Origin: a virus
DNA length: 64,000 nt
Virus record (IMG/VR): IMGVR_UViG_3300043331_001676
Coordinates: 1 to 64,000 of that record
Direction: 5' to 3' (one strand)
In this document: positions 47,127 to 54,237 of the stretch, piece by piece
Layout of the letters: every line of letters begins with the position of its first letter
Numbering within the stretch: the stretch's first letter is position 1
The notes under the pieces: generated by a model
What the model was told of the DNA's origin: nothing
Database searches by the model: none
Seen by the model: only the letters and a program-made list of their open reading frames with translations
Translations under genes and position numbers: made by a program

Positions 47127-47501
47127 ATGCCTAAAGTCAACCTAACCGGAACCTATGGCTATCGCAACCCGGCCACCCGCGAGATGGTTTACTACGGCCC
47201 CGGTATGGGGATTGAGGTACCGCAAGGGCTGGTAGATACCCTGGGGCTGGACGTGCTGCCGGAAGCCGAGGTCAAGGCTGCACCAGTCGCAGTTACCAAC
47301 AAGGCGGGGCAGGAACCGGCGACCGCAGGGAGGGACGGCGATCTGCCCGAAGATTTTCCGGGCCGTAAGTTCCTGGTCCAGGCGGGCCATACCACCCTGG
47401 CCGATGTCAAAACGCTGTCCATTGACCAGCTCATTGAGGTGAGGGGCATCGGCACCCGGCTGGCCGAGCAAATCCTGCAAAAGGTGAATGAAGATGCTTA
47501 A
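47127..47501 (+). CDS. Small protein with C-terminal helix-hairpin-helix
   Basis: LIEVRGIGTRLAEQI. Confidence 0.7.
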   Translation: MPKVNLTGTYGYRNPATREMVYYGPGMGIEVPQGLVDTLGLDVLPEAEVKAAPVAVTNKAGQEPATAGRDGDLPEDFPGRKFLVQAGHTTLADVKTLSIDQLIEVRGIGTRLAEQILQKVNEDA

Positions 47502-47949
47502 CAAAATTTTGTTTGCCCTGATCCTGATCCTACTTCTGGCTTTTCCGGCGATGGCCCAAGATGCCGACACGCCTCCGGCAACCGCAGCCGAGGGCTTGCA
47601 GTGGCTGGCTGCGGGCCTGGCCGCGCTGGCCGGCCTGCTGGCCTACGCTGTGACCGACGCCATAAAGCGCATCCCCTGGCTGAATGATGAGGAGAAATCA
47701 AAAATCTCCGGCCCGATGGCGAACCTGGTGGCGGCAGTGGTTTCGATTGCCAGCGGCTACCTGGTGGGTAGCTTTGGCCAGGTAGCCGGGTTCCTGGACG
47801 AGAGCGGCCTGTGGCAGGTGGTTGTCTTTGCCTGGCCGGCAGCCAAAGCCTGGTTTGAGGTCACGCCCCGGCATAACTATGTCGAGCTTCAATCGGTACT
47901 GGAAGAGGTCAGAGAGGTCGAAGCGTGGCCCTCGAACCAACAGTCCTGA
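47488..47949 (+). CDS. Membrane protein with signal peptide and 2-3 TM helices (holin-like)
   Basis: AMA|Q signal cleavage pattern; hydrophobic helices. Confidence 0.55.
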   Translation: MKMLNKILFALILILLLAFPAMAQDADTPPATAAEGLQWLAAGLAALAGLLAYAVTDAIKRIPWLNDEEKSKISGPMANLVAAVVSIASGYLVGSFGQVAGFLDESGLWQVVVFAWPAAKAWFEVTPRHNYVELQSVLEEVREVEAWPSNQQS

Positions 47950-48317
47950 TCGAACCGCAGGGCCGGCTGCAGGCCGGCCTCTTTCCCGACGGCGACATTG
48001 TCACCAGGGTGACCGCCTGGCTGGCCACAGCCTACACCAAAGTTGGCGGGATCACGGGCAGCCTGCAAGATGCCGCCGCCACAGCTTACACCTATTACCT
48101 GGCCTACAGCCACGTGGCCGACCGGCTGGCGAATGAACCCAACAGCGTCAGTGTGGACAGCGCGGCCAATGTCAGCAAGGCGGTCGGCCAGGACCGGATC
48201 GCTTACTTCAGCCGGCTGGCCCAGAAGTATCTGGACGAGTACGAGGGCTATCTCTCGACCCCGGCCAACCCGGAGCGGCCCCGGTCAGGGTGGGTCAGAA
48301 ACCAGCCGGTGTTTTAG
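47925..48317 (+). CDS. Head-tail connector (adaptor)
   Basis: Size and position. Confidence 0.6.
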   Translation: MALEPTVLIEPQGRLQAGLFPDGDIVTRVTAWLATAYTKVGGITGSLQDAAATAYTYYLAYSHVADRLANEPNSVSVDSAANVSKAVGQDRIAYFSRLAQKYLDEYEGYLSTPANPERPRSGWVRNQPVF

Positions 48318-48327
48318 GTAGTAGGTA

Positions 48328-48348
48328 CGAAGTGGCCCGTAGAGGCCA
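48328..48348 (+). repeat. 21-bp unit CGAAGTGGCCCG(C/T)AGAGGCCA
   Basis: Other copies at 2070, 4296, 20220 (minus strand), 43052-43090 (interrupted), 46991 (degenerate). Confidence 0.85.
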
Positions 48349-48361
48349 GTAGGTAGTAAGT

Positions 48362-48796
48362 GTGTTCATCTCTAACGCGACCTTGCAGAGCCTAAGACAG
48401 ATCCACCAATCGGCAATGATGGATGAGGCGGAGCTGTATAAGCGCTTCGTGGGCGGGCCGGACCAGTACAATATGCCGGAGCCGGACCGGTACACCTACC
48501 TGGCTACTCTACCCTGCGCCTTCCGGCCCTCTCCCGGCAGCAGCGCGGCCAGCTCGGAGGGGATGACCAGAAGCGAGGTACCGCTCCTGGACGGCCTGAT
48601 CTCCTTCAACTTCGATGTCGAGCGCGCCCACGAGGTTGATTTGAGCAACTTCGACCGGGTCAAGATAGTGAAACTTCACGGTGAGCGGCTGGATAAACCG
48701 CTGCTGTTCGACCTGGCCGGGCCGGCGCGCCGGGATAATCTGGCCAATATTTTTCCGCTCAAGCGGGTGACTGAAAGGGAAGCCGAGGATGGATGA
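48362..48796 (+). CDS. Head closure (stopper) protein
   Basis: Size, position, DQYNMP...LPCAF. Confidence 0.55.
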   Translation: MFISNATLQSLRQIHQSAMMDEAELYKRFVGGPDQYNMPEPDRYTYLATLPCAFRPSPGSSAASSEGMTRSEVPLLDGLISFNFDVERAHEVDLSNFDRVKIVKLHGERLDKPLLFDLAGPARRDNLANIFPLKRVTEREAEDG

Positions 48797-49022
48797 GAAC
48801 AAGTGGCAGGTCATTGTGGCCGAGTGCGAGAAGTTGAGCGAGGCTACCGGCGCGAAGGTGCTGCCGCTTCAGCCACCGGCAGAAGGCCAGCCGGTGGGCC
48901 TGGAATGGGCCGACCCCTGGGTGCGCGAGGGGCGCTACCTGGACTGGCTGACCAGTTTTTTAATGCGGGTCAACGGCGCGCTTCAGCGCGAAGACCAGGA
49001 ACCAGAGGCCGGGAGTAGATGA
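48789..49022 (+). CDS. Hypothetical protein
   Basis: Coupled overlaps on both sides. Confidence 0.55.
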   Translation: MDENKWQVIVAECEKLSEATGAKVLPLQPPAEGQPVGLEWADPWVREGRYLDWLTSFLMRVNGALQREDQEPEAGSR

Positions 49023-49447
49023 CCGCCGAAGCCAAGGTCAACTGGTATGAGGACAAGGTCCGGCTGGTAATTGACGAAAAAACCGGCCAGACCCTGCTCA
49101 ATGCCGCTTTTCGCATCGAGGAGCGGACCAAGGTCAATATCAACCAGGCTCCCGGCGCAAGTGGGCAAGGATTGATTGACACCAGCTTTATGCTCAACTC
49201 GACCTACGTGGTTGGGCCGAAGGTGAGTACCTATGACCAGGCGCTAAGGTCCGGGATGTACACCAACCGGGCCGGCGAAGAAGTCGAGCGCAACCTGGCC
49301 CCCCAGGCGGACCTGCCCAGGGATGCGGCAGCGCTGGTTGCCGTGGGGGCCGAATATGCCGTTTTTCAGGAGATCATCCATCACTTTTTCTTTCAGGCTA
49401 TTGAGGATACCTCAAGGGAGCTTGGCGGACTGATCGAGAAATTTTGA
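49019..49447 (+). CDS. HK97 gp10-like tail completion protein
   Basis: IDTSFMLNS, AEYAVFQE, FF..A. Confidence 0.7.
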   Translation: MTAEAKVNWYEDKVRLVIDEKTGQTLLNAAFRIEERTKVNINQAPGASGQGLIDTSFMLNSTYVVGPKVSTYDQALRSGMYTNRAGEEVERNLAPQADLPRDAAALVAVGAEYAVFQEIIHHFFFQAIEDTSRELGGLIEKF

Positions 49448-49492
49448 TGAGCGACCTGTAGTGAGCCTGTCGAATAGTGAGCCTGTCGAACT

Positions 49493-49876
49493 ATGCGCGA
49501 CACCGACGCGGCCCTGACCGCTTTTTTACTGGCCCGACCCGGCCTGACTGCCGTAGCCGGGCAGCGGATCCACGCCAGCCTTTACCTGCCGAAGGGCTAT
49601 AAGCCGGATGATGGGCCGGCGCTCATTTTTAACCCGCGCGGCGGGGGGCAGGATTATTCCAGGCTGGTCCTGTCGCCATCGTACCAATTCAGAAGCTTTG
49701 GCCTGACCCAGGCCGAGGCCCGCCGGCTGGACCGGGCGCTTTACGATGCACTCAATGACGCGCAGTGCTATCCAATCAAGATGGCCCGGATGGAATCCAT
49801 CGGCCAACTTTTTCAGGAACCGGACACAGGGTGGCCGTTCGTTCTGACATTTTATCGAATTGATTTCTGCAATTAG
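49493..49876 (+). CDS. Tail terminator protein (DUF3168-like)
   Basis: L.AVAGQRI...P...QFRSFG.T..EA. Confidence 0.7.
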   Translation: MRDTDAALTAFLLARPGLTAVAGQRIHASLYLPKGYKPDDGPALIFNPRGGGQDYSRLVLSPSYQFRSFGLTQAEARRLDRALYDALNDAQCYPIKMARMESIGQLFQEPDTGWPFVLTFYRIDFCN

Positions 49877-50005
49877 GTAGTAGGTAGTAGGTAGTAGGTA
49901 GTAGGGGTTTCCTGTACCCCAGGGGGGACCCAACGGGCCGAATCAGGCGAAGCGCTCTCTACCGTTCTACTGTCTACCGTCTACCGCCCAAGAAGGAGAC
50001 CTACT

Positions 50006-50341
50006 ATGGCACGAACAGCCTTATCTGTGCAAACCATCGTCCAGGGCGGGATGACGCCCAGTTACGTTGCGGCCAATACCGACGGCCACTCGTTTGTCAA
50101 CAACGGCAATACCTACCTGGCGATCATCAACAACCATACCTCGGCCACCATGACGGCCACCATCGCCCACCCGGGCCAGATTGACGGCCTGGAGGTGGCC
50201 GACCAGGTGGTGTCGGTGGCCGGCGCCAGTACCAAGTACATTGGACCGTTTTCGGCCCGCTTCCACCAGCCGGGGACCAACGACGTGAACGTGGACGTGA
50301 GCTCGACCGCTGCCTCGGTCGGCGCGTTCAGGATCGGCTAG
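50006..50341 (+). CDS. Small virion structural protein
   Basis: Beta-rich, AAGGAG RBS. Confidence 0.65.
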   Translation: MARTALSVQTIVQGGMTPSYVAANTDGHSFVNNGNTYLAIINNHTSATMTATIAHPGQIDGLEVADQVVSVAGASTKYIGPFSARFHQPGTNDVNVDVSSTAASVGAFRIG

Positions 50342-50350
50342 GAGGATCAT

Positions 50351-50935
50351 ATGGCTGTAGCAGACATCCTGATTACCCCGGTCTGGGTCTGGTCCAGTCC
50401 GGTTGGCACGCCCAGGCCCTACGAGAGCGTGGCCTACGGCGCTGCCTGGCCCGGCTGGAAGCGGCTGGGCTATACCAACAGCCCGCTGACCTCCAATCTG
50501 GAGCGAGAGCGAACCAACAAGATGGTCGAGCAGGCTATGAGCAAGGTCGGCAGCCAGGTGACCGGCGAAACGTTGACCTTTGAAACGGCCCTGGCCGAGT
50601 TCACCCTGGCCAACCTGCAACTGCTCTGGCCGGGTATACTGACGATCACGCCGGCAGCGGTCGGCCAGCCGGGAACCGAGCGGCTGGTTGGGGGCAACAA
50701 AGCCTGCCTTTCGACGCTCCAATGGGGCTTTGAGGGCCTGTACCAGAACGAGGATTGCAGCGTAAGTTTGCCGCTGCGCTTCTGGTGCATTGGTGAGGCC
50801 GAGATGGGCGGCCAGCTCGAATTCGGCAAGGCGACCCAGACGGGGCTGCCGCTCAGGGTCGAGGCCAGCTTCGACTTTGCTACCGGCCAGCTCTACGAGT
50901 GGTTCAAGGTGGTAGCCCCGGCGCTGTCCGCCTAG
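50351..50935 (+). CDS. Major tail (tube) protein
   Basis: WKRLGYT, LAEFTLANL; followed by a terminator and the chaperone gene. Confidence 0.8.
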   Translation: MAVADILITPVWVWSSPVGTPRPYESVAYGAAWPGWKRLGYTNSPLTSNLERERTNKMVEQAMSKVGSQVTGETLTFETALAEFTLANLQLLWPGILTITPAAVGQPGTERLVGGNKACLSTLQWGFEGLYQNEDCSVSLPLRFWCIGEAEMGGQLEFGKATQTGLPLRVEASFDFATGQLYEWFKVVAPALSA

Positions 50936-50958
50936 TTCTGAACGCTCTTTTTTAAATC

Positions 50959-50994
50959 AAGCCGGAGCCGGCCCTTTCCGGCCTCCGGCTTTTT
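50959..50994 (+). terminator. Intrinsic terminator after the tail tube gene
   Basis: AAGCCGGAG..CCGG/CCGG..CTCCGGCTTTTT. Confidence 0.75.
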
Positions 50995-51017
50995 AATTTC
51001 CTAAGAGGAGATACAAA

Positions 51018-51742
51018 GTGGCTGACGAACCAAAGGAAACAAAAGTTGTTCCAATCGAATACGCCGAGCTTGGGTTCGGCGAAAAAGTCTACCAGGTGCC
51101 GGCAGCGGGCCTGATCCGGTCAGAGACCTGGCGGGCCAGGCTGCAACAGGAGATCGATGCCCTGGTGGGCCTGCTCAAGGAGCAGGGCGGGATTTTTGAA
51201 AATATTGACCCGGGTAATCTGAAAGAAACCCTATCCGGCCTGAGCGCCATCGAGCTTGTGCCGGTAGTTGCTGCGGCGTTTGCCCAACTCAATGTCTCGA
51301 TGTCGAGCCTGGGTGAGATCATCTGCCTGTATAGCCCTGATTTGGAAAGGGACCGGGATTACATCCTGGAGCACACCACGACCAGGCAGGCTATTGCCGC
51401 AGTGATGGAGATGGTCAAGTTTGAATTCCCTTTTGGTATGGTCTTCGGCCAGAACGGGAAGACGCCTGGCCCGCCGGCAGCTACGACGTTGCCGAACTCG
51501 CTTACGCGGCCTGGCAAATCCCGCCGCAGGAATTAGACCGGATGGACAGCCTGACCGTCCAGCGCCTGGTTTTCGCCTGGATGCGCCGCAAGCGATGGGA
51601 GAGCCGGCTGCTGGCCGGGGAGATAGCCGCTCTATTTACACCCCCCGGCGCAAAGCCGGCAGGACGCAACTCCGCTCCGGCCCGGACCGTGGGCAGGATC
51701 AGCGGCGGCGAAATGTTAGCGATGATGGGAGTAACGCTTTGA
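51018..51742 (+). CDS. Tail assembly chaperone G (51018-51536) and -1 frameshift product GT (to 51742)
   Basis: In-frame slippery heptamer C CCT TTT at 51428-51434; -1 frame stays open (WQIPPQELDRMDSL) to 51742. Confidence 0.7.
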
Positions 51743-52413
51743 TCACTTTTAACGCCCCTATCGGCCAATACCTCGACCCGGCGGGCCTGGAGCACCTACA
51801 CCTGAGCCTGACCATCGGCCTGCCCCCCGACGCCTCCCTGCCCGAAGCGCCGGGCCGGACCTGCCTGCCGGGGATGCTTGAGCTGATGGGCGCGCGGGTG
51901 GGCGTGGAGGTGGGGGTGCAGCGGGGCGAGTTCTCGGCTTATCTGCTGGCCAACTGGCCGGGCAAGCTGTGGCTGGTGGACCCCTGGCAGGCGCAGGGGC
52001 CGGAGTATGTGGACGTGGCCAACGTATCGAATACTGAGCACGAGGCCAACTACCAGGCCACCCTGGAGGCGATGCGGCCCTTTGCCGGCCGCTACGACAT
52101 CATCCGGGGCTACTCGGCCTGCGCTGCCGGCTTCTTTGAAGATAGCGCCCTGGATTTTGTTTACCTGGACGGCAACCACGGCTACGAAGCTGTGACCCTG
52201 GACCTGAACGCCTGGTGGCCCAAGCTCAGGGTCGGCGGGCTGCTGGCCGGCCACGATTTTTTAGATTACGACGGCCCGCTGGGGTCGTTCCGGGTCCGCC
52301 AGGCGGTGCTGGAGTTTGCTGCCGACCTATCCCCGGTTTCCCACGGGGAAAGGGAACGGCGGGTTTACGCCTCCCGCGAGCCGTGGCCGTCGCTGTGGTA
52401 CATCGTGAAGTGA
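51739..52413 (+). CDS. Methyltransf_24-like SAM methyltransferase
   Basis: VEVGVQRGEFS, LVDPW, DFVYLDGNHGYE, GGLLAGHDF. Confidence 0.85.
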   Translation: MITFNAPIGQYLDPAGLEHLHLSLTIGLPPDASLPEAPGRTCLPGMLELMGARVGVEVGVQRGEFSAYLLANWPGKLWLVDPWQAQGPEYVDVANVSNTEHEANYQATLEAMRPFAGRYDIIRGYSACAAGFFEDSALDFVYLDGNHGYEAVTLDLNAWWPKLRVGGLLAGHDFLDYDGPLGSFRVRQAVLEFAADLSPVSHGERERRVYASREPWPSLWYIVK

Positions 52414-52772
52414 TGAGTGGGTTAAACTTCGACATCTTCCAGGCCCCGGAGATCCGGGATCTGCTCAAGACCAAGGCTCACCTGCTACGGGCCGGCCTGT
52501 CGGCGGATCACGTGGTCATCGAGACCTTTAGCCAGATCGTGGCCGTCTACCGCCGCCGGGTTGGGTTGGAGACATTCCTGAGTCAGATGTTGGGCGAGAT
52601 AGCCACAACTCCGATTCAGGACTGTCAACTGTACCGGGCCAGCGGCGAGCCGGTTGATACTCATGGCGCTCACGGCCAGCCGGTCCAAAGATTTATCGCC
52701 CGTGGCTTTTCTGATCGAAGCCTGCTGGCGGGCCTTCGGGTGGTGGCCGGCGGGCAAGAGCGGTATCTGTAA
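52413..52772 (+). CDS. Hypothetical protein
   Basis: TGATG coupling. Confidence 0.55.
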   Translation: MSGLNFDIFQAPEIRDLLKTKAHLLRAGLSADHVVIETFSQIVAVYRRRVGLETFLSQMLGEIATTPIQDCQLYRASGEPVDTHGAHGQPVQRFIARGFSDRSLLAGLRVVAGGQERYL

Positions 52773-52794
52773 TCTGGAAACGAGCGTTTGAAGT

Positions 52795-54036
52795 TTACAG
52801 CAAAGAGAGCTGACTGCCCTGAAAAGGGGTAATTTGTTTGGGATTGTGAATACGGGTCGTGCGCGTGATAGGTCTAAATGGTGTGCCGGTGTGAAGTTCG
52901 ATGGAGGTCTTTAGGATAGTTTCGATATGACGGTACTCAGTATATGGAATACGAATCAGGATAAAGTTGTGATCCTGGGCAAATTTTGCCTTGATTGCAT
53001 CGCGCCGTTGGGTTTCTTTTAGGTTCTCCCGTCCTCCATAAAATTCAAGGTCTTTAAAGTGATGAGGGCCATCGTATTCTACCAAAAATTGCAACTTGCC
53101 GATTCGAAAATAAAAATCAAATCGCAACATTCTTTTCTCTCGAAGAACACTAAAGCTTTTTTGGTGAACAAAATGAACTTTCCAGGATTTAAGCAGATAA
53201 AGGATACGTTGCTCTCCCTGAGAAGCAGAACACTTAGGGCAACCTTGACCTTGTCCAACATGATTTCCCGGTGTTTGCCAGAAGCTTCCGTGTTGAGAGC
53301 ATATAATTTCAACCTTGACCTTTCCACGCCTATAGACAACTTTGGAATAATCGTACATGTCACCATGTATTCTCCGGGCTTCCTGGATAAAAACATCTTG
53401 CTTCTTGGTATTCTTTATACTTGCCTGATTTTTTCCACATCCAGGGCAACCATGTCCTTTAAGAAAATCGTGGGGACGTGCCCAAAAAGCCCCATGTTCA
53501 TGGCAGATAATTTTCACCCTAAACTTATCGCCATTGTACATAACTTCAGAGTAATTATATCTATTCCCAAAAACAGCCATGCACCCTTTGATAAAGCTGT
53601 CCTGAGTCCTGATTCTGGTTTGCGCCCCCTTTTCCTTACCGCATTTAGGACAACCGGCTCCACGAAGATGGTTACTGGGCACTTGCCAAAAACTCCCATG
53701 TTTAGGGCAAACGATTTCAACCTTAATTTTATTGCCTCTGTATTTTATCTTAGAGTAATCATATTTGCTTGCGTGAATGGATTTAGATTCCTGAACAAAA
53801 GAATCGTGAGACCTCCTTTGTACTTTGGAACGCTGCTCGTTGGCACATATAGGGCAGCCATGACCCTTATGCCCCAGATGATCATGGGGTGTCTGCCAAA
53901 AACTTCCGTGCTGAGGGCAGATGATCTCGACCGGGATTCTGTTGTTCGTGTATTTCACATTGGAATAATCGTACCTATCTCCATGTACCTGTCTGGATTT
54001 TGCAATAAAGTCATCTCTGGTCATCTGTTTCGGCAT
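52795..54036 (-). CDS. Homing-type endonuclease: four zinc-ribbon repeats (DUF723-like) plus a Vsr/DUF2726-like nuclease domain
   Basis: Four YDYS..Y......IIC..HG.FW..P..H...GCP.C units; S.GE, LRFDFY, VEYDGPHH, D..K, LIRIPY; AT-rich. Confidence 0.85.
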   Translation of the reverse strand: MPKQMTRDDFIAKSRQVHGDRYDYSNVKYTNNRIPVEIICPQHGSFWQTPHDHLGHKGHGCPICANEQRSKVQRRSHDSFVQESKSIHASKYDYSKIKYRGNKIKVEIVCPKHGSFWQVPSNHLRGAGCPKCGKEKGAQTRIRTQDSFIKGCMAVFGNRYNYSEVMYNGDKFRVKIICHEHGAFWARPHDFLKGHGCPGCGKNQASIKNTKKQDVFIQEARRIHGDMYDYSKVVYRRGKVKVEIICSQHGSFWQTPGNHVGQGQGCPKCSASQGEQRILYLLKSWKVHFVHQKSFSVLREKRMLRFDFYFRIGKLQFLVEYDGPHHFKDLEFYGGRENLKETQRRDAIKAKFAQDHNFILIRIPYTEYRHIETILKTSIELHTGTPFRPITRTTRIHNPKQITPFQGSQLSLL

Positions 54037-54078
54037 ATTTTTAACCCGTACAAAAAAGCACTCCTGACGTTGATTGCC

Positions 54079-54176
54079 TGATTGTTGCCACACAAGAGGA
54101 ATCACGCCAGGGGTGCTCATCTGGAATAATAGCAAGCCCTAATTATTTCGGCAATTCTCTTGTGTGGCAACAATCA
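54079..54176. repeat. Perfect 20-bp inverted repeat in the endonuclease leader
   Basis: TGATTGTTGCCACACAAGAG (54079-54098) and its reverse complement (54157-54176). Confidence 0.9.
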
Positions 54177-54237
54177 TTATAGCACATTTGAGCTACGAAT
54201 TTCAACTATTAAACGAGCGTTACGAAAAAGGTGATTC

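Noticed and set aside
53059-54081. 340-aa plus-strand ORF
   Set aside because: Antisense shadow of the repetitive endonuclease gene; no protein-like motifs.
14616-54222. Classical integron array
   Set aside because: No tyrosine integrase, and the motif is far shorter than attC with no long imperfect stem; kept only as an analogy.
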